Shown here: piece after piece, positions 12,155-24,952 of the stretch | Layout: each line of letters opens with the position of its first letter | Numbering within the stretch: position 1 is the stretch's first letter | Source: Perkinsus olseni | Lineage: Eukaryota | Assembly: GCA_013115125.1 (NCBI GenBank) | Contig: JABANN010000304.1 | Coordinates: forward strand, 1 to 40,879 | Direction of reading: 5' to 3' | Length of the DNA stretch: 40,879 nucleotides | Program-made: the position numbers and the translations under genes | The notes under the pieces: generated by a model | The model's database searches: none | Told to the model about the DNA's origin: nothing | What the model saw: only the letters and a program-made list of their open reading frames with translations

Positions 12155-14394
12155 TCAACGTCCCTCATCCAGCCTGTGATACACGGCGTCGGTCGTTGCT
12201 GCTGCCCCTCCCGGATAGGTGCCACCCGCTGGTGTGAGGCGCCGCGACTCAGGCGTTGGGGGCATGAGCTCCTCGTGTTCTCCTTCGCCTCGTGGTCGTG
12301 GAGAAATCATGGAACTATTCGTTCGGTACATGACCTGACCATCGTATAGGAGAACGGCTTTCATACAGGAAGCAGCTTCGTGTAGCACCTTATCATAGTT
12401 CTTAGACTGTATGGCTACACCCCACGCGAACACCACTAGTAACAATAAGAGCACCAGCCAGTCGGACCAATCTGAGGGACAAATGGCGACCCTTTTGGGA
12501 GGGAAGGAGCAGATATGAGACTACCTGATGGGGACTCAATAACGAGGTCTGATAGAGACTGTGACGGCTGCACTCCCTTCAGGGCTAAGAAGGTAGTCCC
12601 GAAACCCTGTACTATGAGAGCTGCTCCGACCAATGCAGTAGCCATAATAATGAAGGGGGCTATTGACTCGAGGGAGAGGAGGGCTAGAACAGTGATGATG
12701 ATAATGATACTCACGGCACTCGCAGGAGCCGCAGGACTCACCGAAGATGAAGGAGAGTATCGACATACTGATGTAGAGGAAGTAACGTGCTATGCCGCCT
12801 CCGCCTCCTGTTGCATAGAGGGAGTGCTGCGAACCATGCTTGAGTATATCGACACTCCTCGGGCCCATGAGCCATGCTATGGTCTCCTCGTCGGGGTCCA
12901 TGGTGTTGTATCCCAGGTTCTCGTGCTGCTCCATGGACCCGCCACCTCCTCCATACCCGCTCTCAGAGGCCATACGCGTCATGACGGCGTCGAATATCCT
13001 AAGAATGTCAACATGCATCGGACGGCGAGTGAGCCTTGCTACGCCTACACCCAACAGAGGAGACATCCAGCCCAGGCACCGATGATGGCCACGATGAAAG
13101 GCAGGCAGCGCACAGCTAGCTTGCCAACTACATAGGCCGTCAACAGGGATACTGAGACTAGGAAGATGATCTCCAAGAGGGTGTAATGTGGCAAGACCCC
13201 CGATAAACCACGACCTGAGGGCCGGGAATAGAGAAGTGGGTTGGGCGAGGGGTGATCATGGTACCAGAATCATCCCAATCATAGTAGTTAGAATCGTGGA
13301 AAGCCAGCTGGGCCATCAGCTCGAAGGCGACGATCCCGGAGATGACAAAACCGAAGAGGAATGCACCGGGTTTGGCCATCCTGAGGCCTCTCATGCAGAG
13401 AGGGATGCCGATGGCGAATAAAAGTAACCCGCCAAGCACTCGGGGCCTGAGGACAAGCTGGAGATAATACGCTAGCGTGCTGCACTAAAGACGGTACCGA
13501 TGGGGATCGATCTCCTCGCCGAGGACGCTGAGATTGAGTATTGGACAGGCCGCTGCGGCTGGAGCATATCGGAGGTACACAGAGCAACCATCTAAGACAC
13601 GATCACAGCAGAGCTAGCCGTGCATGATGGTGAGGCGTCTGCTGTGAGTGATGCAGGATGGACATCATCCTGCATCTACGAGGTCCTCTCAGGGATTGTT
13701 GTTGTTACCTTCAGGGTTATTGTAGAATTGTGACTCAACTATGTGAGGAACGCTCCCAGCAGTGGCATCACAGGGGAACTCTTGGTGGAGCACCCATCCA
13801 TTCCTATCATACCGGCAGTACTGCCTATCGCCTGCTTTGTGAGTAAGTCTGACGCCTAGCGACCTGGCAGTGGGTCGTCATCAGGAAAATGATGGCCCGA
13901 GAAGCAACGCCCACTCGTTGATGCCTCGAGGGTCGGCAAGATGCCAGTCCGTATTGTCCCAGCCTCCGATCCTCAGCATCTCGTCGTTAGATAGCTTGAT
14001 GGCTCCAACAGTGGCATTGTCTGAGTTACTGGCCACGGAAGGCACATCTTGCAGACCTACCATTACTACAGTGACCGCTGCCCCGACGGGAGAGGCGGAG
14101 GCGCTCACCTTGACAAACACTAGCAATAATGGTAGCATCACCAGTGTACTCCCCAATGGTGATGTTGTAAAGAGTCGCCTGGCTGTCTACTGCACGAGCA
14201 AGTGGCTTGAGGTTGAAGACACTCCTCCGAGGGCCCACAGCCTGACAAAGGGGATAATGATGGTTTGAGCTGCCTGGAGGTGTTACTTCTAGGCAGAAGT
14301 GCCGGGGAATCCACTGGGCCGGTATCAAGGGATTGCCGCTCACTGCAAGAGGGAGAGAGGCCATGACGGCCATCCGTAGAAGGAGGTTCATCAT
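12155..14394 (-). CDS. Multi-pass membrane protein (TM7S3/TMEM198, DUF4203-like) with signal peptide and N-terminal luminal domain
   Basis: Signal-like MMNLLLRMAVMASLPLAVSG; TM segments LGGLLLFAIGIPLCMRGLRMAKPGAFLFGFVISG, ITVLALLSLESIAPFIIMATALVGAALIVQG, LLLLLVVFAWGVAIQ; ends YHRLDEGR*. Family assigned from recalled pattern. Confidence 0.65.
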
Positions 14395-14542
14395 GATGAC
14401 ATGACGTAAGTTAACTCGCCAGAGGGGAGTACGCAGTTTACAGTGACTACAGAGTAGCAACAGCAGGCATGGACTGAGAAACGGTGGCCAGTGGTGGTGC
14501 AAATGTAATAGAGAAGTGAACTTAACAATGGAACAATTATCG

Positions 14543-17500
14543 TCATGGTGCTGAGGGGCTATGGCTGCCTCTTTCGTCATCACCAACAACCGTAGCAGCA
14601 GTATCGGCCTGCTTGGCGTTCGGAGGCAACCGATTGGATATAGGTTGGTCGATCGGTGCTGCCAGTATGTCGAGTGCAGAAGGGCAGACCTTCTTCAATG
14701 CTACTATCAGGTTAATAAGATCTCGACTCGCTGAGGTCTCGTCAGCCGCTGCTGCTCTGTCATCGGGCGATGGACTCCTCCCATGCTGCTGTTGGGCTAT
14801 GAGCTTCTGAACTCTAAGATTCTCATCGCGGTAACACCTGGATGAGGATGGCACATTATGAAGAGCCGAGATGACTGAGATGACTCACCCTGCAAGGGCC
14901 TTGATTTGGTAGGAAGACTCAGCCAGCAATCGTGATGCGGCCTCGCGTTCTGCTATCAGGTACTTAGCGAGGTTCTCGTTGTCCCCCTTCAAAGCCTCCA
15001 CCTCATCCGTCAAGGCAGCGTTGGCTGTCTGCAGAGCCTCTACCCGTTGCAGTAGGCTCGCTGTATCAGTATCCCTCAACTCCGACAGTTGCTCCGACAT
15101 CCCAGCCAATACCTACAGAGACCCCATCACCGGCCGGGATAACCATGGCACGGACCTGGAGGGTGTCATTAGCCTCCTGCTTCGACCTGGCCACCTCTCT
15201 CTGCTGGACTTCTAGCAGGCTCCGGAGCTTAGATGCCTCGTCATCCCGTCGGGTAGAGGTCCTCATCCTGAGGGTCTGTTGAACCAGGGATCTTTGAGCA
15301 TCCTGATGAGCTCGTTGTGCTAGCTGTATGAAGAATGAAGGATACCTATCGAGCGTTGGATCACTCCCTAAACGCAGCGCGTTATTCTCACCATGTTGAC
15401 CTCTTCGCAACAGTACTGCTTTGTACTACAGGTCGAGGGGCGCTATCCAATAGTGCAGCTCCTGCCTGGTATACCTCCACAACACCAACATCTTCCTCAA
15501 TGACCGAGGTCGCAAGATCGCTATTAGCACAGGATGGCTTCAGACAGGTACCCAGCAGGAGGGAGGCCAAGCCATTGATGTCTACCTAGAGGGCATGGCG
15601 ATCGCCCAATCCCTTGAAAGCAGTCGTCTTACCCTGCCCCTAGCTCCTCGATATTTTAGCAAACCTTGAAGCACCCTGAGGTATATGGGCTCCGTGCTGA
15701 TAGCGTCATCAGCATCAGCGTCCACACGGAACACTAGTAAAGTCTGGAGGATCGCTATCATGGTGGTGACCACACTGGACGGGTCCTTCGTCCACACTGC
15801 AACATAACTCCCCTGCTCGCCATCATCATCATCGACATGCTCAGGAGGGGCCAAGCTGCTGGCAAGATTCAAGAGAATCTTGTCGAGGTAGGAGAGCAAG
15901 GACTGATATCCGGCACCACTCGAACTCGGCATCACGGCCGACGAAGACTGAAGGGTTGAGCTAAAGATTACACGCAGCCCGTCTAGGTGGCCCTACCAGC
16001 ATCTTCTGAGCTTGAGCATTCTTCCCCTTTACACAGTTCATCAGCAGTTGTAGCGAGAACCAAGCATTGCTATGCATGGCTGCTTGCGACAAGTCATCTG
16101 CTGCTGCTGCTGCCGAGTCCTTATCTGCTGCAACTACCGCTACGCCCTCAAGGTGAGAGATGACCCAGGCCCCAGGGGTGGGCACTGCGGGTACACCGCC
16201 CGTATCGGGATAATGATCGTCATCAGGCGTACCCGACACACCAGCAACCCTAGCGCTGAAGGAAGCGCAGAGGGAATTCTGTATAACACTCGAGACTGCC
16301 TGAGGTAAGTCGGTCGCCTGAGGTGGAAGTGCATTCATGAGGCGGACAGCCGATAGAACCTGACGCCCCCCCCCACCTTCTCGATAAAACTGGAGACTGA
16401 TGAGCGAAATGATACAGAGGGAGGAGGCGACTGCACCATCAGACTGGCGATTTTCCAAAGGGGTGGTACTGCTGCCGAACCTGCTGCTCCGCCCGTAGAG
16501 CACCAGTTGTCTCAGCGTCGCTTACCACTAGCGGTGAGTTTTTCTACAGTCGCCGCTCCACATGATTGCAGTAAGGTGAGAAGGATGTTGAGCAGATCAC
16601 GACGGCATTCAACAGAGAGGTGGTAACTGCAGCAGCGAGATCGAAGCACTAGAGTCCGGCCAGTAAGCGGTTCCCGTACTTGTCGATCTGGTCAGCGATG
16701 ATCTCCACTATGCCCAGGTCTATGCAATAGGCCTTCTCTTCGCTCTGCCCTTCATCGCGCTTCGCCGTCGAGCTAGACGAGCCCCAGTAGGTCTGGAGGA
16801 TCTCCATCGATAGCTTAAGGGTGGGCCACACCTGCCAAGTGTCGACTGTAGAGCTGAAGAGGCTTCCGGTGGTGGATGGTACCGTCCTAAACGTTCCAAC
16901 ATCTGGTATACCCTTTAGGTCCTCATCGCTCTGCTCCTGTTCGGGGAAGAGATCCTCATCGGGGAGCTCGCTGCTGCGGCGCTGACGATGGTTCGGATAG
17001 AGTGCATGCCTGAGAGGTAGGCATCATAGCAGGATAGGGATGTACGAGCATTATGACCTGAAGACCTCGAGGGCCCACTCAGCACTTTCCCTCCCTCCTG
17101 TTCGCCAGAATCGTCGAGTCTTCTCATGCTTGAGCAGCTCTAGGTTGGTGTCTAATGCTACTACTGGTACGTCGCCAGCCGAGGCCACGGGGTCCTCGAG
17201 GACTATGCCGAAGAGGGCTTCGATAACACCTAGAATTCGGCAAGAACTGACCAAAAGAAGCCAGGAGCAGGACCTTGCCTTGAAAGGCCAGCATCGGGAA
17301 TATCTGCATCTCTTCAGCAGCGTCAACGGTTGGGCGTCCACCAGCTTGATCGGCGGCAGCAGACACCATATTGTGTACAAGAGATAGGCACTCATTACGA
17401 ACGAAGGCGGCCGGACAGCTCTTGAGCAAATCAACCAAAGCCGCAACGACCTGTTATCGACAATGGCGATGCGGTCGGCATGGTGATGCCTACCTCAGGT

Positions 17501-18168
17501 GCTTCCAATACAGCAGATGCTATTACACGTGGGAACCTCTTGTGGAGGCTTTGTATAAGCCGTAGCTCCGCGTAGAGGAGGTACCTGATGTCACCCCTCA
17601 CAGCAGGAATAGAGTCAAGTGGCCTACATATCAGAATCCTGTTTGATGATGAGAGCTACTATCTCGGATCCACCCTTGGACAGGTCGAGGATCCTCTCGG
17701 CACATCTATCCTGAAGTCGGTCTACCGTACGCCTCTTCTGCTCGTCATCATCAGCCTTAGCCGGCGTATCAGCCACCAGGAGACCCAGGAACGAGAGGCA
17801 GTCCTGATGGTAACATGTGGAGATGATGACGTTGTGATGGACGCGTGATTACCTGCAGCGCCTCCGAGTCCTCGATACCCTGCAGCCCGGGTACGATGTT
17901 CTGCAGCATTGAGCTCATCACATCGGTGTCAGCGAGGAGAGCCGTGACCAACTCCGGCCCTCCGCTACGACAGGTGTCGAAGAGCTTGGTGAAAACCTTG
18001 TAGCCCTGACGCAGTGGAAGGCCTTCTCAGTGGAGCTGTTTTAACGGAAAGCCTTACCTCAGGGCTATTAGTCCCATTACGATCCAACACATCAAGCGCA
18101 TCCCTCAAGGCAAGCTGAGTATCAATAGCCGATACTCGAGCGTCGACCGTCCGTAACAGGGCATCCAT
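14543..18168 (-). CDS. USO1: Uso1/p115-like vesicle tethering factor (ARM-repeat head, coiled-coil tail), multi-exon
   Basis: Head motifs VLEAPE-VVAALVDLL..FVRNECLSLV, MLAFQG-VIEALFGIV, ELLKH..RRFWRTGG match the p115 pattern (RNE, AFEN, LLK..FFRE). C-terminal heptads LLQRVEALQTANAALTDEVEALKGDNENL, then DLINLIVAL. Confidence 0.75.
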
Positions 18169-18245
18169 ACAACAGTCGATGACAAAAACTTGTTAACAGT
18201 ACTGATGAATGATCGACGCAACAACAAGGAGGTGATCGAGAAACG

Positions 18246-18842
18246 TCATCTGCCGTCCGGGAAGAGAGGCCTCGCACTCGCAGTGATCTTCCTATCAGTG
18301 AGCATCTTAACCCATCGTTCTGCCACCGATCTCTGAGGTGCTGTCGTGAGGGAGCTCTCACCGTATCGATGTGCCTGATCCATAACACAACTAGGAGAGC
18401 CGAGGGTTCTTAGTAGACGCGGTTGCCTTCAAAGCTGCGGAGAATGCATCTTGCCGAGACACCTGCCCCAGCATGTCATGGACGATATCAGCCACCTAAG
18501 TGAGAGGATGAGCCCCGCGGCAAGAGTATTGCCCATACCTGATCGAATGTATGGAACTGGTCATTATGCAGTAGGACCTGCCAGCCTCCAGTGGTGGATG
18601 CTAGCTCTAGCTCTTGCTCCCGTCCACCAGGCTTGTTGGTCATCACCTAGATAAAAGGCGGTTCGAACCCGTCTATGCAGCAACCCATGGTGATGCAGCA
18701 CCTTAGTAGTAGTGACGACCGACAGTCCGCTGAAAAGGTATCTCCCCGATATGAGAAAAACTGCTAGTACAACCACAAGCAGCAAAGCTCCTGATCTGTT
18801 GCGCCACCGCCGTGCTATACGCTGGGGCTTATCGGTCATCAT
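18246..18842 (-). CDS. clpS: Clp protease adaptor ClpS with N-terminal hydrophobic + transit-like leader; exons 18842-18702, 18646-18539, 18495-18427, 18374-18246 (148 aa)
   Basis: Spliced core WQVLLHNDQFHTFDQVADIVHDMLGQVSRQDAFSAALKAHRYGESSLTTAPQRSVAERWVKMLTDRKITASARP fits ClpS (VLLxND...AHxxG). All exon lengths are in frame; the third intron has a GC donor. Confidence 0.85.
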
Positions 18843-18957
18843 GTTGGTAAGAGAGAAACTTGCCGCACGGGACTGCTACCGCAGTCCTTGCTCCCTCCTC
18901 GCACAGAGCCAGTAAGAACATTGAAACATGCATAACGTAAAATTGGTGTAGCTTTCC

Positions 18958-21900
18958 TCAATCACTCATCTCAGCATCCTCATCACCATCTTCACGATGC
19001 ACTGGGGTGGGCGCACCAGACTGGATGATGACCTCCCCCGGGAGAGCACTAGAAGAGGAGGAGCCACCTCCATGCATCCGCCCTCCCTTGGGAGTGATCG
19101 AACCGTTACCCTCAGAGGCACCGACCTGACGAGGCAATCAATGTTCAACGTCCACGATTGCAGCATCCCGCCAACTCCCACCTGGTCTGGGTTATTCTCC
19201 TTGTTGTTGTTCCCTTGTGGCTGGAGCTCTTCTACCTCTATGTTGAGCAGCTCCGCCAGCGCCTTGTTGACAGGGGGTCCCAGGGCAACACGCCTGGTGA
19301 ATGGACAGGAATATGATCATCCCTAGGCGTCCTGCCCTACTTAAATGCCTGCCATACCCGCTCATGGCAAGCATTCTCCTCCGCCGCATACCCCTCTTCA
19401 TCTTCATCATCCTCACATTCACAAATAACCCTCTTCCGCAGGAATCTACACGGACCAGTTGTGCGGCAACGTGAGCACGAGTATGAAGCCCTTTACTCCT
19501 TGAACTGCGCATCATAACCATACTTGGTGGCCGCCACTTTGGCCATCTTATCGATAAAGGCCTCCTCGCCCTCTCGAGGGTGCAGCGTGGACACACTAAC
19601 AGCCATCAACATCTATTGTGGCGGATATCAGGCATCCTACTGAGATAAGTTCAACTGCAGGGTGTTCATGACCAATGACGTGGACATGTTTCCGGTGAAC
19701 CCAAGCTCATGCAGTAGATCCGCCACGGTCTTCCAAACGGGTATCTGTCGGGCAGGCGCTGAGGTACGTTCAGGCCTACCTGTCTCACCTCAGGGTTCCA
19801 CCCACTAGCGATGACCCATTCCCACATAGTCCTCTGGATGTCATACATCCTGGCCTCGGCAGTGCCACTCGATAGACCCTCGAGGAAGACGGTGGTCGTG
19901 AGGTGACGCAGGTATCTCTGCCGGTGAACTCATGAGTATCCTCGAGCTGGAGTGCTGCTTCCTCCCAACCTACATGCCCCATCTCATGCACCAGCGGTGC
20001 AGCATCGGCTATGTCCTCAGCTTTGCACCCTCGCCGCATTGTAGGCTTCATATTGCGGAATGTATCCCCCAGTTCAGTGAAAACATCCAGAAGGAAGTTA
20101 TCGGCGGACTGCTAAGGAAAAGCCTAGCGCCAGCGGGTTTATCGGGGGTTGCTACCTCGGATGACGAGCTGGCAGCAGTGGTCCCTTGCAAACAGATGTT
20201 GATGAGGATATGCAAAGCCAGGGAGAAGGCTGAGCATATCTCCTCTTGGGACTCTACAGGGAGGCCATACGGTAGGTGATCGACCTGTGAGTGATTCGGA
20301 ACGGAAGAAACAGTTTGATGATAGCCCACCAGGGATTCTATGAGCTTCAAGACAGGGTCCTGCAGCGGTAAAAGATACTTGGGTTCAAGTCTGAGCTCGA
20401 GCATGGCCTTGAGAGGGCCATTGAGGGCCTTCAAACTGCTACTGACAACCTCCGCTTGACGTCTCATGTCCGATTCTGACAATTACCCGGATCAGAAGAT
20501 CCCAGGGAACTGCTACACCTACTGCCATTGAGGACGGTAGTGCACGCTGATATACGTTTGGCAAGGTTGGTGATGGCGTCTTTAGAGACGTTCCATGCAG
20601 AAGCTAGCCTTAGCATACCGTACTGAAGTAGGGCGACAGCCTTGCGTAGGAAAGCTGGTGCGGTTGTTGCTCACATAGTAATCCTGATCCTCCTCAATAT
20701 CAGCATTCTTCTTAGCCCTGGAGGATGTTGACTTAACGAAGCGTACAACTCTGTCCCTAACATGCTTGTATGCCTCCGGACTCAACAAGCGTAGTATCTA
20801 AGGGCGTCATGAAAACAGTCCAAGTACTCAACCGCCCAGGGAGCCTCTGCCCGAGAGGCCGTCAGCTCCCGGCTGGCGTCACCTCAACAGCCTCAATAAA
20901 ACATCCCCGTGACGGTTCTAAAAGCTTGGTCATGTTATAGTCGGTGAGGAAGTTCTGATAGAAGTCATCTCGTTGTCGTATGATGTTCTCCGTCTCATCT
21001 CCCTCCTCGTCATTATTTCTGAAGGCGAGCCGCCGTACATTGGCCAGTAGTGGCCTGTGCCTCCTTACTGCGTCCGGGCACGCTTCTTAGGTCTAGCTCT
21101 CTTAGTAGGTCGGCCTGTACTGGCCTCCTCGAAGTGCAGTATTTTGTGAACATCCTCAGCACTGAGCAGTTCAACAACACCCCTGAGGAGTACCTAAAAT
21201 GGAGCGTGAGGCTGGCCAACGGCAAAGGGACTGACGCCCATACTCTAGTGTGGGTCAATTTGATCCTGACACCGTCATTCCCAGCAGCAGCTTCCACTAT
21301 GGACTCATGGCGCTCATCTTCTTTCGATATCATATCCATCGCGACTGAGGGCGAACGCGGACGGTAGAAGACAGTGCGAAATGGAGCGGGGAGCCTCACG
21401 TTTGAAAAGAGCTGCTGCGAATCTTATCCTAGCAGTAGGAGTCGCGCCCTCAGCATCATGACAGTTGGCCATGAGGGCTATGAACACATTCACGTCAGCT
21501 TTAGCCAACTGCTTGAGACCCTGGGACGACAAGCGGAAATGACGAGTAGCGGATGGAGTGGTAAGGACAATACTTTCACATCCATGCTCCTGAATATCTT
21601 CTGTCCCAGTATCGATCCTAGACTACAGGCTATCTGTACGTAGACATCCTTCTCTTGCCCAGCCTGTTTCACATCCCTGATAATACCTCTATCCATCGGG
21701 GAAGGCTGATGCAGCCTGTTATACTACTGTTGGGTGAACTTCTCCTTCTTCCTCATGGCATAAGCATGCTCTACCACGAGACGATTCGTTAATTTCTGGT
21801 GACCCTCGGCCATGTCCCCCAGGTTGATACCCTCCGTATTCTGAAGGTCCCGCAGTAGCTTACAGTACCTGCAACAACAGTAAAACTACCCGCAGGGGTC

Positions 21901-23670
21901 GTGGTAGTAGTAGTTGGGTTATTATTATTATTACTCTAACCTAACCTGGGGTGACGGGTCATATATCATCTCACCGATCTTGGGCAGGACAGGGCCCATT
22001 ATCTACTAACCAATGCTGCGACGTGTTAAGCCAGGCAGCCTAGCAGGCTACCTGGTGGGATATAGCGCAGCTCCTGATTATCCTCCTTATGCCTTGGACT
22101 ACGGCCATCCTCACTGCTGCACTCCTCTTATCCTTAGCACATTTATTAATGATATTATAGAGTAGCACAGAACGATGGTCTCCCGATATGGCCCTCCACT
22201 GTATGGCCAGAGACTCACAAACCTTGTTCACGGCTATCCTACGTACCTGCTTCGACCACCGTCATCACTACCACTGACAACACCCAAGCAGCAGCCCCAG
22301 CACCTGGTCGTGTTTATCCGTCATACCGCTAACCAAGGCTCGTATCTGCATATCCATCGTCCGCTCCATCTCAGCATGCAGTGTTGAATTGCATATGGGG
22401 AACGCGTCCCCGAGGGTAGCTATGGCATTGAGACGAATCTGTACCAGGAACGATTATTGAGGGATTCGATGACGTCAGCCATAGCCAGCCACCCACCTTC
22501 CAGTTGGTGACAGTAAGTTGCTTCCATAGTATTGGGTGATAAAGCTCCACCAGAAGATTCTCTAATTCGGTAGGGCGCCTGTCCTTACGATGGAACTCAC
22601 TCAGCAATATACGTATCTTATTATTGAGAAAGATCCTAGCTTGTTACTTTACCTATCAAGATACCTTCTTGGCCAAGACAGGGTCGACCTTGAGTGAGTA
22701 GTCCATCCATGCTTGTATAGCCTGCTCCATTTGCCGCTTCATACCACCCGATGACTCCTTCCACCCTCTATACAGAGCCTACTACCTTCTATCAACACAA
22801 TCCTCATCCCCTACCAGACTACCTTCGATAGACCCTGGAGTACAGGAGCAGTGAGCTGTGGAATGAACAGCTTGATAGCGGCAAAGGCGTCCACAATGAA
22901 GGCTGGATGCATGGTCAACACACTAGCCACAAAGGCTATACCTGATGTACCAGCAATACCAGCTAATGTAATGGGGGTCGTGTCAGCCGGCACCCCCTCA
23001 CCATTATCATTCCTGTGGAAGATTCGCCGACATATGCATCGTTCGAGCTTCTTATACAGTTGATTCACCACCAATACCTCCTCCTGCTCCGCAGGCTCCT
23101 GACCAGGGTAAGCCCACTGCTACCCGAGCTGACTACTGCGTTACTTCCTCTCTAACGTCAGCAGTGTCGGCCAATTCCCAACGGATGTTCTTGAGATGAT
23201 GCCGAAGCTTGTACCTGGCGAAAGATCGACGGAGCTTGGAACCCAGGCAGCATTACTACACCCGCTTGACGTCGGTGAGTGTAGCTGTCTCCAAGAGGCA
23301 CTTGTCCAGCTCTATGAGGATATCCTTAGCGATCTGGAGTGGTGTCTGGTACTCATCAACCACATCAACCTCATCCTGACACAGGAATGCTACCGTAATG
23401 AAGTGTCTGACATCTACAGCAACCCACTTCATCGGCGTTGTGATGGTGTTGTAGGAGAGCATGGTCCTGCCCGTCTGCTTCGGCCCTGCCCCCACGCCTG
23501 GCTGGCGCCCCTTCCCCTCCCCCTGCTGCTGCCGTTGATGAGGACGATGAAGAAGAGGAGGATGCTGCCTCTGCAGTAGCAGGAGCTGTGCTATCATCAT
23601 CCTCCAGAGGGTCACTGGCAGCTCGCTTTGCCGCCCGTCTAGGAGGCTGTCGACGACGACGAGGTGGCAT
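18958..23670 (-). CDS. NCAPG2: Condensin II HEAT subunit CAP-G2, multi-exon
   Basis: LLVELYHPILWKQLTVTNWK-IRLNAIATLGDAFP, DKHDQVRRIAVNKVC..QW, CAKDKRSAAVRMAVVQG..SHQ match the CAP-G2 conserved region. Starts MPPRRRRQ (NLS-like); last exon ends EDAEMSD*. Confidence 0.8.
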
Positions 23671-23731
23671 GTTAACAGCCTGTTAATTGATCGAATGCAG
23701 GGTGAACACAACGACCCTAGGAGGGTAGAAA

Positions 23732-24746
23732 CTAGGACTTGCGGGCCCACATGACAATAAGAGGCTCATCATCGTCTAGGTAGGACCCACCAGCTCTGAG
23801 CTCACTCCAACACCCCGCTGCTCCGCTATATTGAAGGTAGCCACGGCATAGCAAAGCTCTTTGCAGCATGGATGACCTATACCACAAGTCAGTCACCTAA
23901 AGGGAAGTGGGCGACAGCTCGGGACCCGTAGCAGCACGATGACAGTTTCACCTTGGTCTCGAAGCAACGATCTGTGTAACTGACGATAAGGATGCCGCCC
24001 GGACGTAAGAGGCGGTGGGCCTCAGAAAGGACAAGGTGTGGTTGAGTAAGGTATTGGATGCTAAACGCTAAGGTAATACAATCAACAACATTAGACTGGT
24101 AGGGCAGGTGAGGATTCATATTGAGATCCTGCACATGGCGCTCGGTGAGGACCTAAACCATCATCAATTGTGATGATCATTGCTACAATCAGAGTATGAC
24201 ATCATTCCTTTCCATCTCTGCCATATTCATACCATAGCCAATCACAGTGGATGGGGTATAAGACTCAGGGAAGTAACTACGGACCCCCGCCCCCAGTTCT
24301 AAGTGCGCATCACAAGCCATGGGCAAAAGGTCAGCATACCTACAGGCCACTAGGAGCCGCCGCGACCACCGCCAATACTACCATCTCTTCTCCAAGCACT
24401 CCGCTATTTGCTCACTGATATGCATGTCGAGCTTAGGGACCTTATAGAAGTCGGCGTCCGGGGCACCATCTAATTTATCGAAGCATTCGGGTGGGAAAGG
24501 AAAGGCCTTCGGCCAAGTGTCGATCAGCATGACCTGATGGACTAGCTCCACTAGGCTGAGAGTGCCCAATGACTGCTGTCTGACTTCATCCAGACTCTCC
24601 TGAGTAAGTTTCATAGCTTTCCACGGCCGAAGGAGGGATTTGTAGTTAACTCCTGCACTCCCTGCGGTAGACGAAGAGAACGCCCTCTGGATTGAGAGAG
24701 ACCCCGCCAAGCGGAGCGAAGAGATGATGCTGCTGCTGCCGGCCAT
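23732..24746 (-). CDS. Class I SAM-dependent methyltransferase (Methyltransf_11-type) with organellar presequence-like N-terminus
   Basis: WPKAFPFPPECFDKLDGAPDADFYKVPKLDMHIS, HLELGAGVRSYFP, GYGMNMAEM, VQDLNMNPHLPY, SIQYLTQP..VLSEAHRLLRPGG..SYTDRCFETK; ends EPLIVMWARKS*. Confidence 0.85.
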
Positions 24747-24952
24747 GAAGGTGTATACCCCTTCTCTTGGACCTTTCCACTTGGATGACGACTGCAACTC
24801 AAAACAACAGCCACTGGCTACGGGATTAGAAGACTCCAGGAGCAAGGCATTAATAGTAACAAGTCTCTTCATCTATGCCAAGCAGTAGCTTGCTCACTTC
24901 CCGGCTTGGAAGAGGATAGGGAGTTAATAAGGATTGAATGGTACTAGTATAA

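Noticed and set aside
12515-13135. 206-aa plus-strand ORF and similar long antisense ORFs elsewhere
   Set aside because: Antisense shadows of well-supported genes on the other strand.
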